Shown here: in pieces, positions 1-9,004 of the stretch
Position numbering within the stretch: the stretch's first letter is position 1
Layout of the letters: each line of letters begins with the position of its first letter
Source: Cupriavidus necator
Lineage (GTDB): Bacteria > Pseudomonadota > Gammaproteobacteria > Burkholderiales > Burkholderiaceae
Assembly (NCBI RefSeq): GCF_016127575.1
Contig: NZ_CP066018.1
Span: 2,280,001-2,312,000, forward strand
Length of the DNA: 32,000 nucleotides
Direction: 5' to 3'
Made by a program: the position numbers and the translations under genes
The notes under the pieces: generated by a model
Seen by the model: the letters and a program-made list of their open reading frames with translations, nothing else
The model's database searches: none
Told to the model about the DNA's origin: nothing

Positions 1-99
1 GCGCTTGCTGAGGATGGCCACCCGGTGGGTGTCGGCCAGTTGCAGCGCGACCGTAAGGCCGGCCAGGCCGCTGCCGACGATGGCGACGTCGAAATTCAT
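1..99 (-). CDS. nadB: L-aspartate oxidase, N-terminal fragment (gene runs off the window start)
   Basis: Reverse complement of 1-99 reads MNFDVAIVGSGLAGLTVALQLADTHRVAILSKR. This is an FAD GxGxxG fold very close to the E. coli NadB N-terminus as I recall it ([30 protein letters not shown]). It is too short to appear in the ORF track. Confidence 0.6.
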   Translation of the reverse strand, partial: MNFDVAIVGSGLAGLTVALQLADTHRVAILSKR

Positions 100-236
100 G
101 GTGCGGAGTGCGCTGGGGGGGCGCCAGGCAAAAAGGAGGAAACGGGAAAGTCTACACCTGAAGCGCCATCCCGCGCATCAGCGCGTCGCGTGGGGGTGGG
201 CGCTTATCGCCCCGCAGGCCTGCGCGGCGCGCAGGC

Positions 237-265
237 AACAAAAAGCCCCGCGGCATGGCGGGGCT
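237..265 (-). terminator. intrinsic terminator downstream of rpmG
   Basis: 8-bp GC-rich stem agccccgc (244-251) / gcggggct (258-265) with a 6-nt loop. On the minus strand it is followed by TTTTTGTTG (plus-strand A-run 240-244). Confidence 0.7.
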
Positions 266-287
266 TTCTGGCGGGAACCGGGATCAA

Positions 288-458
288 TTACTTGATCTTG
301 GTTTCCTTGTAAGCGACGTGCTTGCGGGCGACGGGATCGAACTTCATGATCTCCATCTTTTCCGGCATGGTGCGCTTGTTCTTGGTGGTCGTGTAGAAAT
401 GACCCGTACCTGCGGTCGATTCCAGCTTGATCTTGTCGCGGCCGCCTTTGCTTGCCAT
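288..458 (-). CDS. rpmG: 50S ribosomal protein L33
   Basis: Hand translation gives [56 protein letters not shown] (56 aa), a typical L33. An AGGAG SD lies upstream, 13 nt after the rpmB stop. Confidence 0.95.
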   Translation of the reverse strand: MASKGGRDKIKLESTAGTGHFYTTTKNKRTMPEKMEIMKFDPVARKHVAYKETKIK

Positions 459-471
459 GATGTGCTCCTAA

Positions 472-705
472 TTAGACTTCGCCGCGTGCGCGCAGGTCGG
501 CGAGCACGGAGTCGATGCCTTTCTTGTCGATCAGGCGCAGGCCGGCGTTCGAGACGCGCAGGCTCACCCAGCGGTTTTCGGATTCAACGAAGAAACGACG
601 ATTCTGCAGGTTGGGCAGAAAACGGCGCTTGGTCTTGTTGTTTGCGTGGGAAACGTTGTTGCCGACCATCGGCGCTTTCCCGGTCACTTGACAGACGCGT
701 GCCAT
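472..705 (-). CDS. rpmB: 50S ribosomal protein L28
   Basis: ORF track protein [34 protein letters not shown]... is canonical L28. The rpmB-rpmG order is conserved. Confidence 0.95.
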   Translation of the reverse strand: MARVCQVTGKAPMVGNNVSHANNKTKRRFLPNLQNRRFFVESENRWVSLRVSNAGLRLIDKKGIDSVLADLRARGEV

Positions 706-806
706 GAAGCACTCCTAAATCTTCTATTCGTGGACAATGTTCGCAACAGATCAACAAAAGGCGCGCGGGCCCGGACTGCAGCGGTTGAGACTTCAGCAAA
801 ACGGGC

Positions 807-836
807 ATTATAGACCGGATTCCCTCGCCGAATCAA
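807..836 (-). promoter_or_regulatory. candidate sigma70 promoter of rpmBG
   Basis: The minus strand reads TTGATT (836-831), an 18-nt spacer, then TATAAT (812-807). This sits ~100 nt upstream of the rpmB ATG. Confidence 0.5.
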
Positions 837-896
837 TGCCTTCTGTGCTTTGGCGTTATCCGGTGTTGCTGCGCTGTATGTGCCGTGGCGTTGGCG

Positions 897-1583
897 TCAC
901 AGCCCGGGCAGGCGGTCGCAGCAGTCGGCCAGCGAGCGGATTTCCTGGCCGGCCACGATGAAATGGTCGAGCAGCCGCACGTCGATCAGATCGAGGGTGC
1001 GCGCCAGTTCGTGGGTCAGGCGGATGTCGCTCTGGCTCGGCGCGGTGGTGCCGCGCGGGTGGTTGTGCGCCACGATGATGCCGGCCGCATTATGCACGAG
1101 CGCCTGGCGCGCCACCTCGCGCGGGTAGACGGCGGTGCGCGTCAGCGTGCCGCGGAACATTTCTTCACTGGCCACCATGCGGTTGCGCGGATCCAGGAAC
1201 AGGCACAGGAAGACCTCGTGCGGCAGCGGCGCCAGCGTCAGGCGCAGGTAGTTGCGCACCGCCGCCGGGCCGTCGAAGCCGGTGGGCAGGCGCAGCGATT
1301 CGGCCAGCGCACGCCGTGCCAGCTCCGGAATGGCCTGCAGTTGGGCATACTTGGTTTCGCCCATGCCCCGGACGCTTGTCAGTGCGCGCCCCTCGGCCGC
1401 GAACAGGGCTGTCAGCGAGCCGAAGCGGTGCAACAGCTCGCGTGCGAGGTCCACGGCGCTTTTGCCGGCAGCGCCCACGCGCAGCAGGATGGCCAGCAGC
1501 TCGGCGTCTGACAGGGCGGCGGCGCCGCTTTCCATCAGTTTCTCGCGGGGCCGCTCGCAGGCGGGCCAGTTGGCAATGGTCAT
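897..1583 (-). CDS. radC: RadC-like JAB/MPN domain protein (UPF0758, YicR family)
   Basis: The ORF 897-1742 is trimmed to the internal Met at 1583 (MTIANWPACERPREKLMESGAAALSDAELLAILLRVG...). It has the HhH-like N-terminus and the JAMM-like motif VAHNHPRGTTAPSQSD. Its 228 aa matches the family length. Confidence 0.85.
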   Translation of the reverse strand: MTIANWPACERPREKLMESGAAALSDAELLAILLRVGAAGKSAVDLARELLHRFGSLTALFAAEGRALTSVRGMGETKYAQLQAIPELARRALAESLRLPTGFDGPAAVRNYLRLTLAPLPHEVFLCLFLDPRNRMVASEEMFRGTLTRTAVYPREVARQALVHNAAGIIVAHNHPRGTTAPSQSDIRLTHELARTLDLIDVRLLDHFIVAGQEIRSLADCCDRLPGL

Positions 1584-1689
1584 GAGCACTCCAGGGTAGT
1601 CACGCCGTGATGAGGGTGAGGCCGGGTCCGGGGGCGGCGGGCAATGGGCCAGTCGAATACAATACGGGTTGTTGACCGGTTGATCACCC

Positions 1690-2178
1690 ATGAATTTGCA
1701 AACTTTCGCGTCGGAAACCGACGGCGGCACGGCTGGCCGCAAGACTGTCCAGGCCGACTCTTTCCTGACCCTGCACTACAGCATCGCGCTCGAGAACGGC
1801 ACCGAGGTCGTCAGCACGTTCGAGGAGAAGCCCGCCACGCTGCTGCTCGGCCAGGGCCAGTTCGCGCCGACGCTGGAGCAGGCGCTGCTCGGCATGCCCG
1901 AAGGCGAGCGCATGACCTACCGGCTGGCGCCGGAGCAGGCCTTTGGCCCGCGCAACCCCGAGCTGCTGCAGTGGGTGTCGCTGGCCACGCTGCGCGAGAA
2001 CAGTTCCTTCGAAGAGGACTACAGCCCTGGCGACCTGGTGGAGTTCAACGCGCCCGGCGGCGGCAAGTACGCCGGTGTGCTCAAGGAGTTCGGCGAGACC
2101 GCCGCGCTCTTTGACTTCAACCATCCGCTGGCCGGGCAGACCATCCTGTTCGACGTGCAGCTGATCGGCATTCTCTGA
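1690..2178 (+). CDS. slpA: FKBP-type peptidyl-prolyl cis-trans isomerase (SlpA/FkpB type)
   Basis: The C-terminal region [20 protein letters not shown] matches the E. coli FkpB motif [20 protein letters not shown]. It sits directly upstream of ispH, as in enterics. Confidence 0.85.
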   Translation: [162 protein letters not shown]

Positions 2179-2217
2179 GCGCGCCGCACGTGTGCCGAAC
2201 CATCCTGATACCGCAGC

Positions 2218-3183
2218 ATGCCTGACCTGACTCCCGCACCCGACGCAGAAATCCTGATGGCGCAGCCGCGCGGCTTCTGCGCCGGCGTGGACCGTGCCAT
2301 CGAGATCGTCGAGCGTGCGCTCGAGCGCTTCGGCGCGCCCATCTACGTGCGCCACGAGATCGTCCACAACGCCTATGTGGTGGCCGGCCTGCGCCGCAAG
2401 GGCGCGGTGTTCGTGCGCGAGCTCGACGAGGTGCCCGCGGGCGCCACCGTCATCTTCAGCGCCCATGGCGTGTCGCGCGAAGTGCGTGCCGACGCCGCCG
2501 CGCGCGGGCTGCACGTGTTCGATGCCACCTGCCCGCTGGTGACCAAGGTGCATGTCGAGGTGAGCAAGATGCGCGCCGAGGGCTGCGAGATCGTGATGAT
2601 CGGGCATCGCGGCCATCCGGAAGTGGAGGGCACCATGGGCCAGGCCAGCAGCGGCATGCTGCTGGTGGAGTCGGTGGCCGACGTCGCCACGCTGCAGGTT
2701 ACCGACCCGTCGCGGCTTGCCTACGTGACCCAGACCACGCTGTCGGTGGATGAGACCCGCGAGATCGTGGCCGCGCTCAAGGCGCGCTTTCCGCAAATCC
2801 GCGAGCCCAAGAAGCAGGACATCTGCTATGCCACGCAGAACCGCCAGGACGCGGTGAAGTTCATGGCGCCGCAGGTGGAGGTGGTGATCGTGGTGGGCAG
2901 CCCCAACAGCTCCAACTCCAACCGCCTGCGCGAGCTGGCCGAGCGCCTGGGCGTGCCGGCCTATATGGTGGACGCCCCCGAGCAGGTGCGCCCCGAATGG
3001 ATCGCCGGCAAGCGCCGCATCGGCCTGACCGCCGGCGCTTCGGCGCCCGAGGCGCTAGCCCAGTCCATCGTCGAGCGCCTGCGTGAGCTTGGCGCGAGCC
3101 AGGTGCGCCCGCTTGACGGCATCGAAGAGAACATGGCCTTCCCGCTGCCGCGTGGGCTGCTGCCGGCCAGCGCCGCCGCGTGA
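2218..3183 (+). CDS. ispH: 4-hydroxy-3-methylbut-2-enyl diphosphate reductase
   Basis: [37 protein letters not shown] is near-identical to the E. coli IspH N-terminus. The start is uncertain: 2218, or Met14 at 2257. Neither has a clear SD. Confidence 0.93.
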   Translation: MPDLTPAPDAEILMAQPRGFCAGVDRAIEIVERALERFGAPIYVRHEIVHNAYVVAGLRRKGAVFVRELDEVPAGATVIFSAHGVSREVRADAAARGLHVFDATCPLVTKVHVEVSKMRAEGCEIVMIGHRGHPEVEGTMGQASSGMLLVESVADVATLQVTDPSRLAYVTQTTLSVDETREIVAALKARFPQIREPKKQDICYATQNRQDAVKFMAPQVEVVIVVGSPNSSNSNRLRELAERLGVPAYMVDAPEQVRPEWIAGKRRIGLTAGASAPEALAQSIVERLRELGASQVRPLDGIEENMAFPLPRGLLPASAAA

Positions 3184-3225
3184 CCCGGTGCGGGCCGTGC
3201 CCGCCTGCCAGCCCCGCCTTTTACA

Positions 3226-3258
3226 AGGGCGCCGCTTGATGCGGCGCCCTTTGTCTTT
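3226..3258 (+). terminator. intrinsic terminator after ispH
   Basis: Perfect 10-bp stem agggcgccgc (3226-3235) / gcggcgccct (3241-3250) with loop ttgat, followed by TTGTCTTT. Confidence 0.8.
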
Positions 3259-3626
3259 GGTACGCCCGATTTGCAGCCGGCCGGCGCGAATAATGCACGG
3301 CGATGGTGCAGGTAATACATGGCTGTCCTGCTGATCAGACAAATCAGGGTAATCCCCCGGTTTGGGGTTTTCCCTATTATGGTGCGGCGCTACATTCTGC
3401 ACATTAGAGAACGGTGCAGCTGAATTTAAATGAAACACCTAATTAATAAAGGCGCATTATAGGTGGTGCCGGCGATGCTTATCCGCGCCACCGGGCGGCG
3501 CAGGCACGATTCTTGTAAGTAGGTGAGGCGGCCGCGTCATGTGAGTGGGAATTGCCGCAATCTGTGCATTGGGGAAATTCCCTAGCTCATTTGACCGGTA
3601 AATGGTTAAGGATGTTGCGTCGCGTA

Positions 3627-3654
3627 TTGCATCGACTAAGAAAGGGGATACAAT
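3627..3654 (+). promoter_or_regulatory. candidate sigma70 promoter of the liv operon
   Basis: TTGCAT (3627-3632), a 16-nt spacer, then TACAAT (3649-3654). It lies in a ~500-bp AT-enriched intergenic region, ~95 nt before the livK ATG. Confidence 0.45.
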
Positions 3655-3750
3655 GCGCGCGTTTCAAATTGAAACTAAACAAAGGCGGTCCAGGGAAACG
3701 TCCGGGAGGCGTTGAAAATCCCTGTCTTCGTGAATCCTAGGAGATCACTC

Positions 3751-4953
3751 ATGCAAATCACGTTTGCCAAGATTCTGCCGATTGCGGCCGCAGTGGCGCT
3801 GGTAGCCGCTTGCGGCAAGAAGGAAGAGAAGCCGGCTGATGCGGCGCCTTCGGCGCCGGCGGCAGCCGCTCCTGCAGCGGGCGGCGGTGAAGTCGTCGTC
3901 AAGATCGGCCACGCGGCCCCGCTGACCGGCGGCATCGCGCACCTTGGCAAGGACAACGAAAACGGCGCCCGCCTGGCCGTGGAAGAAGTCAACAAGACCG
4001 GCCTGGAGATCGGTGGCAAGAAGATCAAGCTGGAACTGGTTGGCGAAGACGATGCCGCCGACCCCAAGACGGGCACCTCCGTGGCGCAGAAGCTGGTCGA
4101 CGCCAAGGTGGTGGCCGTGGTCGGCCACCTGAACTCGGGTACGTCGATCCCGGCCTCCAAGATCTATAGCGATGCCGGCATCGTGCAGATCTCGCCCTCG
4201 TCCACCAACCCGGACTACACCAAGCAGGGCTTCAAGACCACCTACCGCGTGGTGGCCACCGATGCCCAGCAGGGCCCGGCACTGGCCAACTATGCCAGCA
4301 AGACGCTCCATGCCAAGAGCGTGGCGATCGTCGACGACGCCACCGCCTACGGCAAGGGCCTGGCCGACGAGTTCGAGAAGACCGCCAAGGCGGCCGGCGT
4401 GAACGTGGTGGCGCGCGAGGCCACCAACGACAAGGCCACCGACTTCAAGGCCATTCTCACCAAGATCAAGGGCAAGAAGCCTGACGTGATCATGTACGGC
4501 GGCATGGACGCCACCGGCGGCCCGTTCGCCAAGCAGGCCAAGGAACTGGGCATCGGTGCCAAGATCGTCGGCGGCGACGGCGTCTGTACCGACAAGGTGG
4601 CCGAACTGGCGGGCGACGCCGTGACCAACATCATCTGCTCCGAGGCCGGCCTGGCCCTGTCGAAGATGGAGCAGGGCGCGGACTTCTCCAAGCGCTACCA
4701 GGCTCGCTTCAACGCCCCGGTGCAGATCTATGCACCGTTCACGTATGACGCCGTGATGGTCGTCGTCGACGCCATGAAGCGCGCCAACTCGACCGAACCG
4801 GCTGCCATCCTGGCCGAAATGCCCAAGACCAACTACAAGGGCGTGATCGGCAATATCGCCTTCGACGAGAAGGGCGACATGAAGGAAGGCACCATCACGC
4901 TGTACGAGTACAAGGACAAGAAGAAGTCCGTCCTCGACGTCGTGAAGATGTAA
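3751..4953 (+). CDS. livK: branched-chain amino acid ABC transporter substrate-binding protein (LivJ/LivK family), predicted lipoprotein
   Basis: ORF 3712-4953 is trimmed to the ATG at 3751, preceded by AGGAGA (3739-3744). The N-terminus MQITFAKILPIAAAVALVAAC has a lipobox (VAAC). The body shows type-I periplasmic binding-fold signatures (IGHAAPLTG..., GHLNSG). It is followed by livHMGF. Confidence 0.88.
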   Translation: MQITFAKILPIAAAVALVAACGKKEEKPADAAPSAPAAAAPAAGGGEVVVKIGHAAPLTGGIAHLGKDNENGARLAVEEVNKTGLEIGGKKIKLELVGEDDAADPKTGTSVAQKLVDAKVVAVVGHLNSGTSIPASKIYSDAGIVQISPSSTNPDYTKQGFKTTYRVVATDAQQGPALANYASKTLHAKSVAIVDDATAYGKGLADEFEKTAKAAGVNVVAREATNDKATDFKAILTKIKGKKPDVIMYGGMDATGGPFAKQAKELGIGAKIVGGDGVCTDKVAELAGDAVTNIICSEAGLALSKMEQGADFSKRYQARFNAPVQIYAPFTYDAVMVVVDAMKRANSTEPAAILAEMPKTNYKGVIGNIAFDEKGDMKEGTITLYEYKDKKKSVLDVVKM

Positions 4954-4974
4954 TCTGGGCTTACCGGCCCATCC

Positions 4975-5012
4975 GAACGGCACCGTGAGTATTTTGCGGT
5001 GCCGTTCTTTTT
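4975..5012 (+). terminator. intercistronic intrinsic terminator/attenuator between livK and livH
   Basis: Perfect 11-bp stem gaacggcaccg (4975-4985) / cggtgccgttc (4997-5007), followed by TTTTT (5008-5012). Confidence 0.75.
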
Positions 5013-5168
5013 AGCCTCGCCTAATGTAGAAGCATCCTTACCATGGATGGAGCAGGGCAGGTCGCTTACCAGCAAACCAACCACCGCAACGTTACCCATT
5101 ACACACCATGGTCCCGCCCCCGGCATCCACACCATGCCGCAAGGTCCGGGACTGAAGCAGGAGTTTTC

Positions 5169-6104
5169 ATGGATATCCTTATCCAGCAGATCGTGAACGG
5201 TCTGGTGCTCGGCAGCATCTATGCGCTGATCGCACTGGGCTACACCATGGTCTACGGTATTCTCGGCATCATCAACTTCGCCCACGGCGATGTGCTGATG
5301 ATCGGCGCGCTGACCGCCCTGTCAGCCATCCTCGGATTGCAGAAGTTCGCCCCCGGCCTGCCTGAATGGCTGACGCTGGTGATCGCCACGCTGGTCGCGA
5401 TGCCAGTCTGCGCGATCCTGTCCTATTCGATCGAGCGGATCGCCTACCGGCCCTTGCGCAATGCGCCACGGCTGGCCCCGCTGATCACCGCCATCGGCGT
5501 CTCCATCATCCTGCAGACGATGGGCATGCTGATCTGGTCGCGCAACCCGCTGACCTTCCCGCAGCTGCTGCCGTCCGAGCCGATCGACATCGGCACGACC
5601 GGCGCCACCATCACCGGCAAGGAAATGGTCATCATCGGCATGGCCGTGATGGTGATGTCCGGCCTGCTGGCCCTGGTCAACCGCACCAAGCTCGGCCGCG
5701 CCATGCGCGCCACCGCCGAGAACCAGAAGGTGGCCGGCCTGATGGGCGTGAACCCCAATTTCGTCATTTCCGCCACCTTCATGATCGGCGCCACGCTGGC
5801 CGCGCTGGCCGGCGTGATGATGGCCACCAACTACGGCAATGCCCACTTCTACATGGGCTTCATCCCCGGCCTGAAGGCGTTTACCGCCGCGGTGCTGGGC
5901 GGCATCGGCAACCTGGCTGGCGCCATGGTCGGCGGCATGCTGCTGGGCCTGATCGAAGCGCTCGGCGCCGGCTATATCGGCGACCTGACCAACGGCGTCT
6001 TCGGTTCGAACTACCAGGACGTCTTTGCCTTTATCGTGCTGATCACCGTGCTCGTCTTCCGTCCGTCCGGCATCATGGGCGAACGCGTGGCGGATCGCGC
6101 CTGA
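5169..6104 (+). CDS. livH: branched-chain amino acid ABC transporter permease LivH
   Basis: ORF trimmed to the ATG at 5169 (SD GCAGGAG). MDILIQQIVNGLVLGSIYALIALGYTMVYG is the canonical LivH N-terminus. Confidence 0.92.
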   Translation: MDILIQQIVNGLVLGSIYALIALGYTMVYGILGIINFAHGDVLMIGALTALSAILGLQKFAPGLPEWLTLVIATLVAMPVCAILSYSIERIAYRPLRNAPRLAPLITAIGVSIILQTMGMLIWSRNPLTFPQLLPSEPIDIGTTGATITGKEMVIIGMAVMVMSGLLALVNRTKLGRAMRATAENQKVAGLMGVNPNFVISATFMIGATLAALAGVMMATNYGNAHFYMGFIPGLKAFTAAVLGGIGNLAGAMVGGMLLGLIEALGAGYIGDLTNGVFGSNYQDVFAFIVLITVLVFRPSGIMGERVADRA

Positions 6105-6117
6105 GGAGAGCGAATCC

Positions 6118-7275
6118 ATGAATACTCCGATTCCATCCACGGCAGCCGTCGCGGCGCCCACCAAGGTGCCGGCCAAGACCCTGGCCGCACTGATTGGCTT
6201 CCTGGTGATCGCCCTGTGCGCACCGTTCTTCGTCCAGACCCTGGGCGGCAACTACTGGGTCCGCGTGCTGGACTTCGCGCTGCTGTACATCATGCTGGCG
6301 CTGGGCCTGAACATCGTGGTGGGCTTTGCCGGCCTGCTTGACCTGGGCTATATCGCGTTCTACGCGGTCGGCGCCTACCTGATGGCGCTGCTGGGCTCGC
6401 CCCACCTGGCGAACCAGTTCGAGTGGATCCAGCAACTGTTCCCCACCGGCATCCACCTGTCGATGTGGTTCGTGTTGCCGATCGCGATCCTGGTAGCCGC
6501 CACCTTCGGCGTGCTGCTCGGGGCGCCAACGCTGAAGCTGCGCGGCGACTACCTCGCCATCGTGACGCTGGGCTTCGGCGAGATCGTCCGCATCTTCATG
6601 AACAACCTTGACCGCCCGGTCAACATCACCAACGGGCCCAAGGGCATCACCGCGGTGGACCCGGTCCATATCTTCGGCTTCGACTTCTCGAAGTCGCACG
6701 AGATCTTCGGACTCAAGTTCACGCCGGTGTTCATGTACTACTACCTGCTGGTGTTCCTGGTCATCGTGATCGTGTTCGTGAGCCTGCGGCTGCAGACCTC
6801 GCGTATCGGCCGCGCTTTCGTGGCCATCCGCGAAGACGAGATCGCCGCCAAGGCGATGGGCATCAACACCCGCAACATCAAGCTGCTGGCCTTTGCCATG
6901 GGCGCTTCGTTCGGCGGCGCCTCGGGCGCGGTGTTCGGCGCGTTCCAGGGCTTCGTGTCGCCGGAATCGTTCACGCTGTGGGAATCGATCTACGTGCTGG
7001 CCATCGTGGTGCTTGGCGGCATGGGCCATATCCCGGGCGTGATCCTGGGCGGCGTCCTGCTGGTGGGCTTCCAGGAGTTGCTGCGCGTGGTGGCGGAGCC
7101 GATGCAGACCGGTTTGTTCGGCCATGTCATCGTCGATGCCGAAGTGCTGCGCCAGCTGCTGTTCGGCCTGGCCCTGGTCGGCGTCATGCTGTATCGCCCG
7201 GCGGGCATCTGGCCGTCGCCGCGCAAGGAAGACCGCCCGGTGGTGCGCCGTGCGGGCAGCGTGGGCCGTTTCTGA
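6118..7275 (+). CDS. livM: branched-chain amino acid ABC transporter permease LivM
   Basis: 385-aa polytopic membrane protein with the LivM-type motif LDLGYIAFYAVGAY. A GAGGAG SD lies upstream. Its operon position is between livH and livG. Confidence 0.9.
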   Translation: MNTPIPSTAAVAAPTKVPAKTLAALIGFLVIALCAPFFVQTLGGNYWVRVLDFALLYIMLALGLNIVVGFAGLLDLGYIAFYAVGAYLMALLGSPHLANQFEWIQQLFPTGIHLSMWFVLPIAILVAATFGVLLGAPTLKLRGDYLAIVTLGFGEIVRIFMNNLDRPVNITNGPKGITAVDPVHIFGFDFSKSHEIFGLKFTPVFMYYYLLVFLVIVIVFVSLRLQTSRIGRAFVAIREDEIAAKAMGINTRNIKLLAFAMGASFGGASGAVFGAFQGFVSPESFTLWESIYVLAIVVLGGMGHIPGVILGGVLLVGFQELLRVVAEPMQTGLFGHVIVDAEVLRQLLFGLALVGVMLYRPAGIWPSPRKEDRPVVRRAGSVGRF

Positions 7276-7288
7276 CCAGGAGGACAAC

Positions 7289-8065
7289 ATGAGCAACAAC
7301 GATTTCCTCCTGTCGGTACAGGGGGTCAACAAGCGTTTCGGCGGCCTGCAGGCACTGTCCGAGGTGGGCCTGCAGATCAAGCCGGGCGAGATCTACGGGC
7401 TGATCGGCCCCAACGGCGCCGGCAAGACCACCTTCTTCAACGTGATCACCGGCCTGTACACGCCGGATTCAGGCGAGTTCGTGCTGGGCGGCAAGCCCTA
7501 CCAGCCGACCGCCGTGCATGAGGTCGCCAGGGCCGGCATCGCGCGCACGTTCCAGAACATCCGCCTGTTCGGCGAGATGACTGCGCTCGAGAACGTGATG
7601 GTGGGGCGCCACGTGCGCTCCAAGGCCGGCGTGTTCGGCGCGATCTTCCGCCCGCCCGCGGTGCGCCGCGAGGAAGAGGGCATCGAGGACATGGCGCACG
7701 ACCTGCTCGACTATGTCGGCATCGGCAAGTACGCCAACTTCACCGCGCGCAACCTCTCCTACGGCCACCAGCGCCGGCTCGAGATCGCGCGGGCGCTGGC
7801 GACCGAGCCCAAGCTGCTGGCACTGGACGAACCGGCCGCGGGCATGAACGCGACCGAGAAGGTGGAGCTGCGCGGACTGCTCGACAAGATCCGCAACGAT
7901 GGCAAGACCATCCTGCTGATCGAGCACGACGTGAAGCTGGTGATGGGCCTGTGCAACCGCATGACGGTGCTGGACTACGGCAAGGTGATTGCCCAGGGCC
8001 TGCCGCACGAAGTGCAGAACAACCCCGCGGTGATCGAGGCCTACCTCGGCGCATCGGCACACTGA
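7289..8065 (+). CDS. livG: branched-chain amino acid ABC transporter ATP-binding protein LivG
   Basis: ATG at 7289 after an AGGAGG SD. Walker A GPNGAGKTT, signature LSYGHQRRLEIARAL, Walker B LLALDEP. Confidence 0.92.
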   Translation: MSNNDFLLSVQGVNKRFGGLQALSEVGLQIKPGEIYGLIGPNGAGKTTFFNVITGLYTPDSGEFVLGGKPYQPTAVHEVARAGIARTFQNIRLFGEMTALENVMVGRHVRSKAGVFGAIFRPPAVRREEEGIEDMAHDLLDYVGIGKYANFTARNLSYGHQRRLEIARALATEPKLLALDEPAAGMNATEKVELRGLLDKIRNDGKTILLIEHDVKLVMGLCNRMTVLDYGKVIAQGLPHEVQNNPAVIEAYLGASAH

Positions 8066-8082
8066 TGGCCGGAGGACAAGCA

Positions 8083-8799
8083 ATGACACAGACAGTACTG
8101 AAGATCTCCGGCCTCAAGGTCGCGTACGGCGGCATCCAGGCCGTCAAGGGCATTGACCTGGAAATCCGGGACGGCGAGCTGGTGACACTGATCGGCGCCA
8201 ACGGCGCCGGCAAGACCACCACCATGAAGGCCATCACCGGCCTGCAGGGCTGGGCCAGCGGCGACGTGGAATACATGGGCAAGTCGATCAAGGGCGTGCC
8301 CAGCTACGCGCTGCTCAAGCAGGGCCTGGCGATGGTGCCGGAAGGCCGCGGCGTGTTCGCGCGCATGACCATCACCGAGAACCTGCAGATGGGCGCCTAC
8401 ACGCGCAACGACGACGCCGGCATCAAGGCCGACGTCGAGCGCATGTTCGGCATCTTCCCGCGCCTGAAGGAGCGCGCCAACCAGCTGGCGGGCACCATGT
8501 CCGGCGGCGAGCAGCAGATGCTGGCAATGGCGCGCGCGCTGATGAGCCAGCCCAAGGTGCTGCTGCTGGACGAGCCGTCGATGGGCCTGTCGCCGATCAT
8601 GGTCGAGAAGATCTTCGAGGTCGTGCGCGACATCTCGGCACAGGGCGTGACCGTGCTGCTGGTGGAGCAGAACGCGCGCCTGGCGCTGCAGGCTGCCCAC
8701 CGCGGCTACGTGATGGAGTCGGGCCTGATCACCATGAGCGGGGACGCCAAGCAGATGCTCGACGATCCCAAGGTGCGGGCCGCCTACCTGGGCGAGTAA
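8083..8799 (+). CDS. livF: branched-chain amino acid ABC transporter ATP-binding protein LivF
   Basis: ATG at 8083 after GGAGGA (8071-8076). Walker A GANGAGKTT, signature MSGGEQQMLAMARAL. An alternative ATG at 8065 overlaps the livG stop. Confidence 0.9.
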   Translation: MTQTVLKISGLKVAYGGIQAVKGIDLEIRDGELVTLIGANGAGKTTTMKAITGLQGWASGDVEYMGKSIKGVPSYALLKQGLAMVPEGRGVFARMTITENLQMGAYTRNDDAGIKADVERMFGIFPRLKERANQLAGTMSGGEQQMLAMARALMSQPKVLLLDEPSMGLSPIMVEKIFEVVRDISAQGVTVLLVEQNARLALQAAHRGYVMESGLITMSGDAKQMLDDPKVRAAYLGE

Positions 8800-8824
8800 G
8801 GCGCGCGCTGCCGCCTCCCACCCC

Positions 8825-8963
8825 GCCGCAAGAGGGGTGAGGGAGAGGGCAGGCGCACGCAGGCGCAAGGCCTTTCCCCTTGCCGCGGGGCCCCGCGCAA
8901 CGCCTGCTCAGGCTGGTGTGCGCGGGTTCTGCGGCGCTGGCTCTCTCCCTCACTCCTCTGCGG
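8825..8963. repeat. REP-like long imperfect extragenic palindrome
   Basis: The outer arms share the core GTGAGGGAGAG (left arm ~8835-8846) with CTCTCCCTCAC (8943-8953). Nested inner pairings are gcgcac/gtgcgc, gcaggcg/cgcctgc and gcaagg/ccttgc. No credible ORF is present. Confidence 0.6.
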
Positions 8964-8973
8964 CACCACAAAG

Positions 8974-9004
8974 AAAAAAGCCTCGCGCGCGCGAGGCTTT
9001 TTTT
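8974..9004. terminator. bidirectional intrinsic terminator (livF on +, argD on -)
   Basis: AAAAAA, then the perfect 18-nt palindrome gcctcgcgcgcgcgaggc (8980-8997), then TTTTTTT. It lies between convergent genes. Confidence 0.85.
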
